A stretch of DNA of 64,000 nucleotides from assembly GCF_006345805.1 (NCBI RefSeq), contig NW_021834227.1:1-64000 (forward strand), written 5' to 3'. Below the pieces are notes generated by a model that saw nothing but the letters and a program-made list of their open reading frames with translations, did not search any database and was not told the DNA's origin. The stretch comes from Octopus sinensis (taxonomy: Eukaryota). A program made the position numbers and the translations under genes. Positions 12,913 through 27,190 of this stretch are shown here, piece after piece (positions within the stretch are counted from its first letter, which is position 1; every line of letters starts with the position of its first letter).

Positions 12913-13292
12913 TTTACTTGTTTCAGTCATTTGACTGTGGCCATGCTGGAGCATCACCTTTAGTCGAGCAAATCGACCCCCAGGACTTATTCTTTGTAAG
13001 CCTAGTACTTATACTATCGATCTATTTTGCCGAACCGCTAATTTACGGGTACGTAAATACACCAGCATCGGTTGTCAAGCGATGTTGGGGGGACAAATAC
13101 AGACACACAAACATACACACACATACCTATATATATACATATATACGACGGGCTTCTTTCAGTTTCCGTCTACCAAATCCACTCACAAGGCATTGGTCGG
13201 CCCGAGGCTATAGTAGAAGACACTTGCCCAAGGTGCCATGTAGTTGGACTGAACCCGGAACCATGTGGTTCGTAAGCAAGCTACTTACCAAC
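12913..13292 (-). mobile_element. SINE family A, near full length
   Basis: Head with B box GGTTCAGTCC on the minus strand, central CA/TA tract, tail CCAGCATGGCC...GACTGAAACAAGTAAAA. Confidence 0.9.
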
Positions 13293-13658
13293 GATGGTGT
13301 AATACAAAATCTTCGGTATATGAACTACTGGCTTCTTTTTCGGTGCCTGGCATTTCTGACAACGGTTACTTTACATTTACAGAAAATTAAAATGTACCAA
13401 CAATAATTTGGTCGTTAGTCGCCATTGAACACTTTATCTTCAGGTAGTGATTTAAATATAACTTATCCCATGGAAACAACTATTTTCTGCATTATAAACT
13501 TCCTTAGTTTAAGTGAAGTGAAGTGAAGTGATATGTTTTAAAAGAGTATCGAAAACGGATGACTTCAGCGTCACTCGTAGTCTGTTAGCAATAAAACTTA
13601 TATATATATTTAGATGTTATATGTTGTTATATATCATCTAATGAGACTCTCAGGAGGC

Positions 13659-14204
13659 TGTTATGTTATTGTGGTGGCAGGAACCCGGTAAAGAATGTAT
13701 AAAACAAAAGGTGGTAACTTTAAACACTTTATTGTTGTCACACACACACGCGCGCGCTGCATGGAAGGTTGATGTACATTTATATATATCTACAGGCTTC
13801 TGCGTTGTTTGTATGTAAGCCGTTAACCCTGGTGAGAAGCTCACGAACAGCGATGTAGGAACCAGAGCAGTGTGTTGGTGCTGTGTAGACGTTGACGACG
13901 CTGGTGAGAGAAGATGGAGGTCGCTGCAAGGTGGTCAGTGGTTAGACCTATGGAAGTCTAGAACCAACTGACGCCGAGCCTAGGAAGAGGTGAGCTTTTA
14001 TAGCTGATGGATTGGCTCAAATGCTTGTTTGGAACAGACTGTCTCACACGACTTATTTGAAGGCTGAGATTGATTGGGTTTCATATTGGCACGCGATAGA
14101 GAAAGTGATATTGCGCCAATATCAACCAATCGGAGTAGACACAACGGGGTCCAAAACAGCACCAAAGGTTAGCTGTTACCTGCTACGTTCGTATGTACTT
14201 AACA
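13659..14204 (-). mobile_element. Possible solo LTR
   Basis: TGTTA...TAACA ends; minus-strand CTATAAAAG (~14000) and AATAAA (~13730) in LTR order; no TSD found. Confidence 0.35.
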
Positions 14205-14229
14205 TAAGAGAGGAAGCTCACTAGAGTTC

Positions 14230-14460
14230 GCTACATATACTTTATATGAACTGGCTTAAAAACAATTACAAATTAACATTAAGATATTATTTTTCGATGT
14301 TATAATAATAACAACAACAACATCGAAAAATACTTTAGGAATGAGAACCCAGGTTCGAAATTTCCCCAAAACACCCGATGAAGGCTGGAGGGTATATCAA
14401 CCGAAACATTGTGTTAACAAACAAGATGAGGACAAATATCAGTCAAATGTAAATAATGTA
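14230..14460 (+). mobile_element. Penelope-like terminal fragment with decayed type I hammerhead (14369-14415)
   Basis: AAACAC CCGATGA A GGCTG (10 nt) CAACC GAAAC ATT GTGTT; stems I and II pair apart from one stem II mismatch; U4C and G16.2A deviations. Confidence 0.6.
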
Positions 14461-15889
14461 TTTTGGGGATATCGTACAATTCAATTTTTGAATACCTTGA
14501 TCAAGTCCTTTCACGCATAAATCTTATACCTTTTATTTGTTTCAGCCATTGTATTGCAGATATGCTGGGACATCGCCTTGTAAGATTTTAGTCTGGTACT
14601 TTCTCGGTTTGTTTTGCCGAATGGCTAAGTTACGGGGTCGCAAACAAATCAACACCCCTGGGAGGTGCTGCTGCTGCTATCCATAGACATCTTGGACCAC
14701 ATCTGGAGAAGGGTCACTGGTTGGCATTCAACCATTAACGGACACAATCCAGTCTGTGGCCCACACGTATATTGCCTCTCCTTTCTGTTTTTATTTTATT
14801 TATCGTGGCTATAATAGCTTCCGTTCCTAGCTGTTCGAACCAAGATATTTAACGAAGTCTGAGGTTGATCGGCTACGGAATAACGTGATCTATCCCAAAA
14901 CATAACGAAACGTTAGTAGCGGATTTAAACTCATAACCCATGGGCTGTTGATTACAACTCAGTCTTTACTTGTTCGGCCATTTTATGGAACAAATATCCC
15001 AGCAATAGGATCAAAGCATCGCCATCATCTTCCTACCACTATTTCTACCACCACCTCTACCATCACCACCACTGCCGCCGCCTCTACCTCATCAACGCAA
15101 GGGGTTATGGAGCACCAGTGTTTCGATAAGTGTCTGCCAGGACCAATGAGTCTAACAACACTTATAATTTCTTGCTAATAATTTCAATGCTTATAATTTC
15201 AATGAACAAACTTTTCGGTGATATTTCCCAACCGATAATAAATCATCATTTGCACGGTGAGCAGCGTGATTGAAAACGGTGACTTGCACAAATAAGTTTT
15301 CCAATACTAAAGAGAAAAGAAACCTAATTTGTGTTGGGTCAAACATGTTCGGAGAGAATATTTGGGTAAAACTGCAAAGACTGGAGTGAAGGTGTCAGTA
15401 ATTACTTGAACTTCGAATAGAAAGACTTGTTCGAGTGGCATGGCCATTGTATTGTGTCTCGTTTAGTTTAAGAAGTAGCTGTTGTAGTGTGATTTGTTGG
15501 TCATTAGTGAGAAGTAGTTGTTTGTTACATAGTAGACACTTATAAGTAGATACTTACACACACACACACACGCACACACGCACATGTATACTCATATATA
15601 TACATATGTATACTCATATGTCTGTACGTATGCATGTAAATATATAAACGTAGATATGTATGTTGTTACATATCGCTGGTCACAATGCGCTTCGCATTGT
15701 TTTAGCCTTCAAATGACGCCACCCCGCTGGCTAAGCGAGCAGGCCAACAGAAGAAAGAGTGAGAGAAAGTTGTGGCGAAAGAGTACATCAGGGATCGCCA
15801 CCACCCCCTGCCGTATGTATATATGTGTATATATGTATGTGTATTTATATATATATACACATACATATCTATTATATGTATGTATCTCT

Positions 15890-16110
15890 CTCTCTCAGGT
15901 CCGTCGGTGCCTTTGAGCGGCACATCGAGCAATCAGTGATCACTAGTTATCTCTGTATCTGACCAACCGGTATGCTTCTTTCCAGATGATGTTTCAGTCT
16001 GCGTAAGTCTTCGTTGAGAGTACTATGTCATGTCTTCATTGGCTAGCCTCTTTTTCCTCTTACCTTCCAGTGACATCCAGCCCATGGCTGTTTTTGCAGG
16101 CCTTTCTTCT
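15890..16110 (-). mobile_element. RTE 3' fragment with (GA)n tail; a separate short retroposon tail lies at 15665-15815
   Basis: Minus LPEERPAKTAMGWMSLEGKRKKR resembles the RTE C-terminal R-x-P-K...W...KRKRGRP region. Confidence 0.55.
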
Positions 16111-16115
16111 GGCAG

Positions 16116-16220
<105 letters not shown>

Positions 16221-16973
16221 TTGTGGGACGAGTCGGTTTATCAGCTGAGTTTATCGTCAATATTGTCACGCCTCCTTCCTTCAAACGGGAAGGAAGAGCT
16301 ATTTTCATCATCCTTGTGGCTATGGCGAAAGAATGTATCTGGTGGACGCGTCTGAAAGGATTGGAGACAAACACTTTCCTCTCTGGTCAATCTCTCATCA
16401 ACTTCTTCAAGTACCATTTGAAAAGGAAAGTGAGAGTAGAGAGGCAAGTTTTGTCTAGCGAATGTTTTAAAAAAAGATGGGTGAATGTAGCAAGGATGGC
16501 ACGTATGAATGACGAAGCCACCTTGAGCATAATCCTATGAACCCAGAAATTGAAAACAGAGGGTTACCCGCTTGCAAACAAATGTGGTAACATATAACAA
16601 TATTGACCAAGGTTACCGTGGTCTTTTTCGTAGGCTTTTCTTCCCACGGATAAACCTAATCTGCTTACCCCTTTACACCGTCATGACACTGTGATACACG
16701 ATCCCTATTGATCGTTTTTTTCCTCTTCCTCTTTTTTCCTTTTTCTTTTCTTTTGTTTCTTTTTTTCTCCTTTCTTTTTCTTTTCTTTCTTTTTTTCTTT
16801 TCTTTTTTCTTTTCTATTTTCCCTTTCACGATCCCTTTTGATCGAAAACCTACGCCACTTTTTTTTTTCTTTTTTTTTTGTTTTTTTTTTGTTTTTTTTC
16901 ATCCCCCAAAAGAAAAGCTCTACCTTGTAATTTGTCCCATCTGTGTGCAGCCCTGTGTGGCCAATAAAGAAAC

Positions 16974-16974
<1 letters not shown>
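16221..16974 (+). mobile_element. 5'-truncated Tx1/L1-clade LINE embedded in (TATC)n
   Basis: C-terminal peptide ...VAMAKECIWWTRLKGL...RWVNVARMA is homologous to 37554-37835; 3' UTR with AATAAA at 16963; (TATC)n at 16116-16220 and 16975-17150. Confidence 0.9.
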
Positions 16975-17027
<53 letters not shown>

Positions 17028-17054
17028 GTCTGTCTGTCTGTCTGTCTGTCTGTA

Positions 17055-17129
<75 letters not shown>

Positions 17130-17484
17130 ATATCTATCTATTTATCTATCTTACAAAGAATAAGTCCTGGGGTCAATTTGCTCGACTAAAGGCGGTGCTT
17201 CAGCATGGCCGCAATCAAATGACTGAAACAAGTAAAAGAGTAAAAGATACACCCCCCTTACACACACACACACATATCGTTAACACTCGTGATCGCATAT
17301 GATATAGCATCAGGTGAGTAGCAGGAAAGTATTTTTTATAATTAATATCGTAATAGAACTTTATCAACGGTGTTCTGCTCGTTTTTTTGGTGTTGTAGTT
17401 CAAAAGTTACTGAAACAACCCTGACTGCACTCATTGCAGACAAGCCTTTGCAGATATTTCTCTGACGTGAGGAAGGGGATAGGT

Positions 17485-17695
17485 ATCTTTTATCTTTTAT
17501 CTTTTACTTGATTCAGTGATTTGACTGCGACCATGCTGAGGCATCGCCTTACAGGGAATTTAATCGAACATTTTTTAAAGCCTAGTACTCACTTTATCGG
17601 TCTCTTTTCCCGAAACGGGGACATAAAAATACCAACACTGGTTGTCAAGCGTTAGTAGGGGAACAAACACAGACGCAAAGATACACACACACATG

Positions 17696-17769
<74 letters not shown>

Positions 17770-18600
17770 CGGTAAAGTTTTTGTTGAAGTCGAGGGTCAC
17801 CAGTTGTAACGATAGAAATTAACTGTAAACAATAATATGGTATGTGAGAGTCAGTAGTTGTGACGATAAAAATTTGTTGTTTTGAAAGATGAACAATGTA
17901 TGAAGTTTTAAGGAAATATTTATTTACCGTTACGTTACAATACCTTGCCTCGACGAGCAGGTTATGATGACCCCAAAAGCATGCGAAGTAAAGTTTGTGT
18001 TTGTGTCCTCTTCATTGTTTAGTAGTAAATACAGAGTGAGATAGAATGATGTTGTAAGAGAACAGAATTAGAACTAGTGAGAGTTGTAGGGTGTGGGACG
18101 TTGTCTCACAGTAGCTAACAGTAAACTTCATTTCTCCCTCTGACCAAGGTTCTAGCTGGTTAGTCAGACTTCGTTCTCACGGAGTTGTCACCGGTTGGTG
18201 ACTAACTGATTCTTGCTTGGGATGTGCTTGTTTATATATCTATCCAGAAGGATAGATATATCATTGAGAACAATAGATTTAGTTGGTGGTCTTGTTATCT
18301 CTATTCTAGCTTTTCTTGAAGTAGAAGAGGTTAGAAAGGGTCAAGTGGTGAAGACATTATTTCGGCCTAGCTAAAGGCAACTGCAAAATGTAAAACTGCT
18401 GTCAGAGAAAAACCATTGTTCCACCGTGGGAACAGTTCTGTTGCAGTGTTAATTTAAATTTGGCTATGTTGGTTCAAATCCACTTCATGCATGCAAGATC
18501 CACTACATTTATATACGACGGGATTTTTTCAGCTTCTGTCGACCAAATCCGCTCACAAGGCTTTGGTCAGCCCAAGGCTGTTGTAGAAGACACTTGCGAT
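17485..18600 (-). mobile_element. SINE family A split by an LTR-like insert (17765-18507)
   Basis: Tail half 17485-17764, head half 18510-18600; the insert begins TGTAAC and ends CTACA; TSD not evident. A + strand SINE A tail lies at 17150-17245. Confidence 0.6.
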
Positions 18601-18879
18601 TTTTTTTGCTCTAAATTATTTAGATAAACAAATATAAACGATCCTATTGTATAAACATATGCATGCATGATTACATTATATTTATTATGTATACATACAC
18701 ATACATGTATTGTCAATAAAAATTGCAGAAGTCCGAAACGCGAGGGAAAAAAATGAACATATATCATTACATAATACTGTTCTGGTGTAGTGGGTTTTAT
18801 TTTAGTTTTTTTTTCTTTCTTTTCTCCTTGTTATTTCATACTGTTAGACTCTGCAGCATTCACTCTTTTGTTTATTACA

Positions 18880-19120
18880 TTCTCTGTCATTATTTGCTGT
18901 CAGACATTCTCTTCTCACACGCAGACGCCATCAGGCCATCCACCTCTTAAAGATGTTGCTTGATGGCGTCCTTATAACGGAGTTCCAGTGTCCTCTGCGA
19001 CAGTTTCCACATTTCAGCTTGCTGTAGAGGACAGTATGGGTGATTTTTGTATTCTCCATGCGGATCATATATCTCACAAGAAGCAAATGCAATTTCACAC
19101 AAGTCAAACTCGGCAATACA
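18880..19120 (-). mobile_element. RTE 3' fragment
   Basis: MIRMENTKITHTVLYSKLKCGNCRRG resembles the RM...RIPK..LYGEL..G.R.RG motif. Confidence 0.6.
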
Positions 19121-19787
19121 CAAATTTAGACATGCAGGACGTCCTCGTTAGAAATGTATTCTCACCAATAAACGTTCATTATGGATCGTAACTGGCACAA
19201 GTAGCATCTCATATTTTGTTATGCCAACGACACAATGTGTACGCCTCAGCAGAATTCAACAGATAGGATAAGTAACCTTGCTCGGTGAACTTCGAATTTT
19301 GTTGAGAAATTTATGTTACGTTGTGACCACAGTAAATCACTGAGCTCATCGAAAATGACTACAACTAACTACATGTTCATGTGGTGATCCACCGCATCTG
19401 GGCTATTGTCGAAGGGTTTGGATTGACTGCAGTAGATTAGAGCCCCACCAAACCCGGTTTATTACCCCTACCCTCTTTGTAATGTATCGCATGATGTCAG
19501 AGTTTCGTTGTTAGCTCTGCTGGGAATCGTACATTTCAGCACGCTCCTGATGACTGGCACCAATCATATTACACGCATCTTGCATGTAAGGTATATCAGA
19601 GAGACAGAGGAAGAGAGAAGAGTGGAAGGGAGAGAAGGGGAGTGAGAGAAAGGGGGAAGAGAGAGAGAGAGAGAAAGATATTCTAAGAGGTCGTTCGACG
19701 TGCTAAAAGAAGCACCCAAATCTTCCTCACATTAGAACCTAATGTCTTAGAAATAAGTGATATGCTAGGTAATTGTACCCAGATATA

Positions 19788-20612
19788 TGAGGTGGTATCA
19801 AAAAGTTCCCGGACTAGTTCTGGAGTGCGCAGTGAGAGCTAGCAGTGACCTTCATGAGGTAGTATACCGAGTGACATCGCTATTTACTTCGCAAGTTGTG
19901 AAATTTGTGTTTTGTGATCACGTGTATGCTGTAGTCTGCGATTTTGTCATGGACAGGAACGAAGAGCCAACGTGAAATTGTGCGTTAAACTTGAGAAGTC
20001 TGCTACAGAGACATTGAGCATGCTCTGGCAAGCTTACGGCCACGAGGCAGTGGGTTGTACGCAATGTTTCCAGTGACACGGGCGCTTCAAAAACGGAAGA
20101 ACGTCACTGGAAGACGATGAGCGATTTGGACGACTCGCCACGAGCGTCACCCTTTGAAATGTGGTATTGCGCATCGAGAATGCCCCTACCCCCAGGTCAG
20201 ACCATCAATTGAGAGTTCTACTGCGACGTTTTGAAGCGTTTGAGGAAGGACATTTGGCAAAAGTGACCGGATTTGAGGAGCGCGAAAGAATTGGATTTTT
20301 CGCCGAGCTCTCCCTGCTCGTGAGTTTCTCGCCAATAACAATATATTTGCCAGGTTTAGCACTTGCAGGCTTCCATCTCTTCCTCGAGGTGAAAATGCAA
20401 CTCAAAGGTCGCTGTTTCAACACCATTGTCAAGATCCAGAGCGAACAGCAGAAGGTCTTCGACTCGCTTACAGAAAACGTTTTCCAGGTCAGATTCCAAA
20501 AGTGTATTGCTGCGCAAGGGGACTATTTCGAAGGAGATGATGTTAAAACTTAGGTAAATAAATCATTTTTTATTTACCATAACTAGTCCGGGAACCTTTT
20601 GTTACCACCTCA
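19788..20612 (+). mobile_element. Internally deleted mariner transposon
   Basis: About 30-bp TIRs TGAGGTGGTATCAAAAAGTTCCCGGACTAGTT with TA TSD; N-terminal HTH remnant; C-terminus LFLEVKMQLKG...CIAAQGDYFEG. Confidence 0.95.
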
Positions 20613-23600
20613 TACATAGCTATGGGTTAAAAAAAATTAGGGATGCTAGAACTGGGATGCTTTTGATCAGAGGTCTGCTTAACTACGGTTGATTTGGGGT
20701 TAAACAACAAGAACGACGACGACGACCAACCTCAGGAGATAATTCCATCATCAGCATGTGAGAGAATTTGTATTTCTAAACAGTAACACTTAATTAAGGA
20801 GGACGTTATAACAATCACTAACGAGGGGGTGGCCACTAAGTGCATCTTACAATCTTATCTAAAGCCTTATCGTAGTTATAGATATATTCTTAATTTGAAT
20901 GTTAATTATTTCAGTGTTACTGTCGTTGTTGTTGTTGCTGGTGACGTCGTCGTCGTCATTGTTGCTATTGTTTTTATTGTTGTTGATTATCTACTTTACT
21001 GAGCAGGTGTCAGGCCATTGATGGTATTTGTACGAGAGTTGGAAGGATATGTTAGTGACGTCTGATGGTGTTATTTAGCCCCAAGTCATCTTTCATACAG
21101 TAGACATATGACGTCTAGTCATCACGTAAATTTGTGTCTACGGCTATGTCCATACGTGTGTGCATGCGCGCACGAGTCTGTACATGTATGTGTTGTGGTG
21201 GGGTGAGTGTGTGTGTGTGAAGTACTTATTTATCTACCTTTTGTGTGTATGTATTTGTGTATGTGTATGTGTGTGTAACAGTGTATGTGTGTATATATGT
21301 GTATTTGAGTGTGTGTGAGATTTTTATGTCTATGTGTATTTGTATGTTTATTTATCTACCTTTTGTATGTGTGTGTGTGCGCACGCGAGAGAGAGGTATT
21401 TATTTGTATGTTTATTTATCTACCTTTCTAACAGGTGGCACACTGATTGACAAAACCTTTAGGTCGGACTCACAAATCTATTGTGGTTGCTAAGGTTATA
21501 AAGTACAATACCGAAAGATCAGAAAATTAAATTTCAATAACAAAATTAGCGAACGTTGACAATTTAATTAGTTAAAAAAGAGAATAATTAAGGAAAAAAA
21601 TCAATACATATATCCATGTCTATCATAGGTGTTTAGTTGAAAACAACAAAGCACCGTGTTAAATGAATAAATGATAACAGAATAATAGAACACGGGGAAA
21701 AATTATGCTTCATTTCGAGACCCCAAGTTGTCCCACCACTAAACAACACCCCAAACATATTGATATTGTTTCATGACCGCAGTAACATTTAAAGTAAAAT
21801 TTGGTATGATCAATAAATAATGATATAACAACGAAAAATATTTTTTTCTATTCATTGGTCCCATGTTGTTTGATGGCGACATGTACGCAAATCCGTATTA
21901 AACATCAAATAAAAAACGTAGACCCGCAGCACGGTGATGTAATCACAAGTGATAATCAATGCATTCTGTGCAGCTGAGCAATGTGAATGATCGCTGGGTT
22001 GCACTTTGGTCCAAGAAAAATCTTTGACCGATTGCTAATTCGTGTTATCACAGATGAATTCGTGATAAGCGTAACATGGTTCACAATGTTTTCCTGAATC
22101 AGGGATGAATGAATCAGTGATAAACGAGGATAGATGTACGCCTTAAACAACATTTATATTCTCCGTCAGTCTCGACGATGGATTTTTAGTTGTTCAATCA
22201 ACTGAACTGCCTACTCATCAAATTAATTTCCGCAGGTAAGTATTCCCTTCATGTAATTCTTAGGCCAAATCAGCGTTACACAATATGTGACAAGGCTGGG
22301 CCTTTCATTTACAGATAGGACTAACCGACGGTCTTCTACACCGCAATTTCTGTCTACCTAAAACAGGTGGAATCCAACTGCTTTTGAAAGTAGAGGTCCG
22401 CTTAGAATTCAAGACAGCTGTGAGATTTTACTTCTTTTTCCTTTCTCTCCTTTGTTTTTATTTTATTTTAGTTTTAGAGAGACGACCTTGTCGAATATTC
22501 ACGAGTCCCTCTTCAGTTCTTTGGTCTCCGATGTAGATAAGCTAGGTTGAGACCCCAATCTTTAGACCTTGCTCACAAGGCTTCGATCAACTTGAGACTA
22601 AGGTGAAAAATAAAGAAAGAAACACCGCTAGATGCCACATAGTAGGAACGAACTCGAGGCTTCCTTGTAACGGAATGAATTCCTTGACGAGTTTACTATA
22701 CCGGCGTTCACCAGATCAAATAACAATTTAATTTTCTGTAAAGAACAACCCTATACTTATTATATATAATATATTCCATGCACCAGACTCTCCTCCTTTT
22801 ACTGTCATTACTTGCCTCTCCAAGCGGTGAATTAGCAGAGTCATTAAAGCTTTAGGTAGAATACTTTGAGGTATTTATTCTGATTCCTCTCAGCGTTCTG
22901 AGTTCAAATCCCTTCTAAGTCAACTTTACGTTTCAGCCTTTTGTGGGTGATAAAAGAGTACCAGTTCAGGATGGCGGATTGGTGGAAGTGTAAAAACATC
23001 AGAGTCGATGCATTATGGTATTTGATCTGGTCTTTGTGTTCTAGAGTCGAATTCCCTCCAACGCCTACTCGGGTTGTAGACTTAATTCTTTACCTGGTAT
23101 CCACTCCAGGCTGAGTCTCTCATTTGAACTTATCTCCCTCCTTCTCACCTGTCTTGGAGGCCCTGAAAAAGATCGTAGGGACTGCCTTCAAGTGGCATAG
23201 CAAGCGTGTGCGCTATTCAAAGCGGAGCTTGAGTTTGCATCACCACCCGGGTCCCAAGTTTATAAAGGCTTATACAGCAGACCCCAAAGTGTCGCCTCCA
23301 TAAGAGCGTCACCTGGGGCGGACTGTCCCCTTGCTACTCCTAACTAAGCTATTGCTGTCTTCTTTCTTGACGAAAAAGCAAAAAAGATGATTTCTGAACA
23401 TTTTGCCAAACCCTTCACAAGAACTGTATTTCTTCGAAAGTCTCTTTCTCCAAATCATTTCTTCCGACAGTTCTCTCTTCTACCGTAGTGTAGATAGGTC
23501 GGAAAAGATTAAGAACATCCTCTATAAATATTGGAGTCCAGTTTCCCAGCCAGCTCCACTCTCAACTATTGACTCATCTTCTCTCTGTATCTCTCGTTGT

Positions 23601-24000
23601 CTCCCTATTTGTTTGTGTCTTGTCTGCTCTTCATTCGCTCTGAATTATCTATTTTGATTCCAGATATTTGGGGTTAGCGGGATTTGTTAGTGATTTCTAC
23701 AAAGTACAACGTACCGCCAGTGACCAGATATTAACTTTATAGCAGAGAAACTGATACGTCTTTTCTAGTCATAACTGCAAGTGGGTGGTAAACTTTATTC
23801 GTCGTCCGGTTTAACATCATCACCAGCACCTAAGTTGCCTTTAGCAGAGTCCATTGTGTTTTTTTGAAAGTATTCAGACAAGGTGTACATTTTGAGTATC
23901 GGAGGATCTGTAAAGGGACATAGGTAAAGCCTTTGTTCATGATACCATTCGTAACATTTTTATGCAACTCTTAAAATGCAACGCGGTCTACCTATCCACT

Positions 24001-24040
<40 letters not shown>

Positions 24041-24073
24041 CATCCATCCATCCATCCATCCATCCATCCATCC

Positions 24074-24154
<81 letters not shown>

Positions 24155-24379
24155 GCTAGCTAGCTAGCTAGTTGTCTGTTAGCTTTCTTAGTTACATGTC
24201 CGTGATTTGTCACAAAACTCTGTTACGTGAGAATGTTAGATGATATTTGATTGATATAAAATGATAATTCAGAAAAGGGGAGGACTTACGTTTTTATAGG
24301 CAAACCAGATTCTGAAATATAATATAAAGCAAGTGAATGGATTGCTCATGTAAACCTATCACACATGCATTTTCCCCTG

Positions 24380-24530
24380 ACTCTCTTCTTTTCTTTTTTA
24401 TCTCCATTCTTCTTTTCCTAGTCTGTCTTGGATTTTCCTCTGGTATTCGATGAAGGACTATATCCAAAACTTTGCAACTTTTACTCTATAACTTTTATTC
24501 CTTCTTTGAGCATCAGCCTACTAATATTAA
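24380..24530 (+). mobile_element. Family H copy with heavily decayed hammerhead (24443-24473)
   Basis: TCGATGA A GGA ctata TCC AAAAC TTT in a pyrimidine-rich context followed by GAGCATC...TAATA, like 28935-29115. Confidence 0.4.
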
Positions 24531-24664
24531 CTACGAACGATCTTAGTACTTTTTTTTGTTTGTTATTTGTATTTACTTTGGGTTTGAGGAAACTTTAGTG
24601 TGTCGTGCTACACAAAACAAAAACAAAAAAAAATCTATTAATAATTGCATATGAGAAATTTTGG

Positions 24665-24835
24665 GGGAGGGAGCCAGTCAATTAGATCAACGGCTGTACG
24701 CAACTAGTACTTAACTTATCGACCCCGAAAGGCAAACTCGACGTCGGCGGAATTTGAACTCAGGACGTAAAGATAGACGAAATACAGGTAAGCATTTCGC
24801 CCGGCGTGCTAACGTTTCTGCCAACTCGCCGCCTT
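24665..24835 (-). mobile_element. tRNA-derived SINE family B
   Basis: Minus AGGCGGCGAGTTGGCAGAAACGTTAGCACGCCGGGCGAAATG...GAGTTCAAATTCCGCCG (A and B boxes). Confidence 0.9.
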
Positions 24836-26199
24836 TGCTAACATTTTTATTTTCATTTTCACAGCAAGTTCAGTAGCATTTGCTTGAAATTCACAATGCT
24901 GTTATTAACATTTCGTATAAAATTTTATTATTTTCTTCGACTTTTTTAAACGTGCAAAACTTCCTAGAAATTAATGTCTGTAACTCTGTAACCTTTTTTC
25001 TTTTTCTTTTCCTTTTACTCTTTCTTTCTCTCTTTTTCCTTATTCTTTTTTCCTTTCTTTTCTTTTGCTTTTGACAAATTTTCCAAAAATTCTGACTTCT
25101 TTTGCTGAAATTGCACAGCATAACTTCAAGTTTATTAGCCAAAAATAACAAAATAATTTGTTTTTTTAACTTTATCATTATAACTGCGGGGTAAAATTTG
25201 ATTCATAAATAGCAACTAGTTAAGCTAAAAAAAAAAGGTAATTAACTAATTAATGAAAAATAATAACGATTCATTGTTATAGAATTACTAAAGACCTATT
25301 CAGTTCAAATCAATATTTAATTTCTATGAATGCTACGAATTTTCTTAGTTTATTGTAAAATTAATTTCTAAGACACATATTCACCACATCTTCCACCCGT
25401 CTCCCATCTCCATCATCGCTAATTTTATAAATTTCAATTGATTTAACTATGACAGGTCTGACTGAATAAGATCTGTGACTCAAAACCCAACGAGGTTAAC
25501 ATTTTCGTATATTGTTTGGGTTTGTTCCTGTTCCATGACTAAACCGATAAACCCCTTCCTCTTTTCTACTATCAAACCGATGACTCACGCCGAGACACTC
25601 TGACATTTTCGCTCTTACATTCATCTCTATTTCCTTTATTTTCCTTTATTATTTTCTTTCATTCTTTCCAAACTATATCCCCTCCCACCCCATGGAGAGC
25701 CTTACTGGGCAAGCATTAAGGCTTTATGTTATCTATTATTTGTAATTGATACTTTCTCTTCGAACTGCTCCATCCATCATACATTCAAATCTTTACTATC
25801 TATCCACCACTCCCAAAACATCTAAGAACCTATAGCCATCCATCCATGATATGTCTCACAACAATCCACTCACTGTTTTGCACAATTTTAGAATCTAGTT
25901 TCTGTATACAAGCGTCTAAAACATTTTCTCCCTTTTCCGTAATATCGTTCTGTATCGATCCAACATCACCCTCTCATTGCACGTTTGAACCTTTCTGTGT
26001 TACATAACAAATCTTTAGAACAAATCACGGGCATGTAATTAGAAAAAAACAAAACAATAAATAGATATATGTATTGAGAGAGAGAGAGAGGGAGAGAGAG
26101 AGATACAGGTAATTAGATAGAGAGAAAGAGGGGTAGAGTGAAAGAGATAGAGATATAAAGAGAGAGAAGCAGAGAGAAAGCAATTTCATTTCATGTGTC

Positions 26200-26280
26200 G
26201 TTGTTGTTCAGCTCCAGGTCAGCCTTGATTAAGCAGAGCTTTGAGCAAGGACGTTCCAGTGGTGACTATCCTGTATTTTC
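26200..26280 (-). repeat. Short dispersed repeat family F with (AAC)n tail; further copies near 20640-20710, 26655-26730 and 49615-49690
   Basis: Shared TTGTTGTTYAGCYCCAGGTCAGCCYTGAT...GCAGA motif at several sites. Confidence 0.55.
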
Positions 26281-26788
26281 TGAGTGCAGGGAACCCAGAA
26301 CCACATTATCCAATGTTCTCTGTAAATACAGTAGGAATGGTGTGTGGCGGGAGGTGTGGCTACTATGTTAAACATGAAGATACTCCCTCGTTGGCTCCAG
26401 AGCTTCATATTATTGAATATTGTTGATGGTGAGTGTTTACACTACAAGGCCTATAAGAGAAGGGTTTAGTCAGTACAGGAACGGCCAGAATACCGAAGAA
26501 GAGACCCGTGAATATCTGGAAGTCCTTTATAAAAGAAGAAAAAACCCTCACTACACTATCAAAATTTTAACTTGACCCCTGAACTCCACGGGTCCTAGAA
26601 GCAGTCTAGTTCCGCCTTGTAATATTTCTCTCGGATAATGAAATTCTAAGGCGATGTTTGTTATTACCGTTGTTTAGCCCCACATCAGCCCTTATCGACA
26701 AGATAGAAGGGGTTCTAGCCGTGGACAGTTCGTATTTTTGTAGATCAGTGATTACGTTACCCGTATATCATCAACATCATTCATCGTC

Positions 26789-27190
26789 TAAGGCGGTGAG
26801 CTGGCAGAACTGTTAGTCGAGGTCGACTTTGCTTTTCATCCATTCGAGGTCGATGAAATAAGTACCAGTTTAGCACTGGGATCAATCTAATCGACCCCCC
26901 CCGCCACAATTTCAGGCCTTATGCCTTTCACAGAAAGGATTATTATTATTATTATTATTGAGTGAGAGAGCGGCGCATGCCATCAAAGTGACACTGGGGT
27001 AAAATATACGAAGACCATTATACCCATCATGACTATCCATCTGATACAGGCACATGCATCACAACCACATGTGCGCGACATGGTAATCTTATATCAAGAT
27101 AAACAGTTCATGACTTTGTAGGTGGGGCCCAATTAGAATTTTCTTCAGGTTCAGTAGCCCATCCCGTTCAAAAGATTCTTGAATACCTTT
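26789..27190. mobile_element. SINE B (+, 26789-26960) with (ATT)n tail followed by a family C fragment (26961-27190)
   Basis: GAGTGAGAGAGC...GCCATCAAAGTGACACTGGGGTAAAATATACG matches 34112 onward. Confidence 0.85.

Noticed and set aside
21974-22235. Possible exon between TGTGCAG and GTAAGT
   Set aside because: All three frames contain stops; no other support.
19545-25595. Isolated CTGATGA/CCGATGA hits (about 19548, 25565; also 3506 and 9188)
   Set aside because: No correctly placed stem II-GAAA partner.
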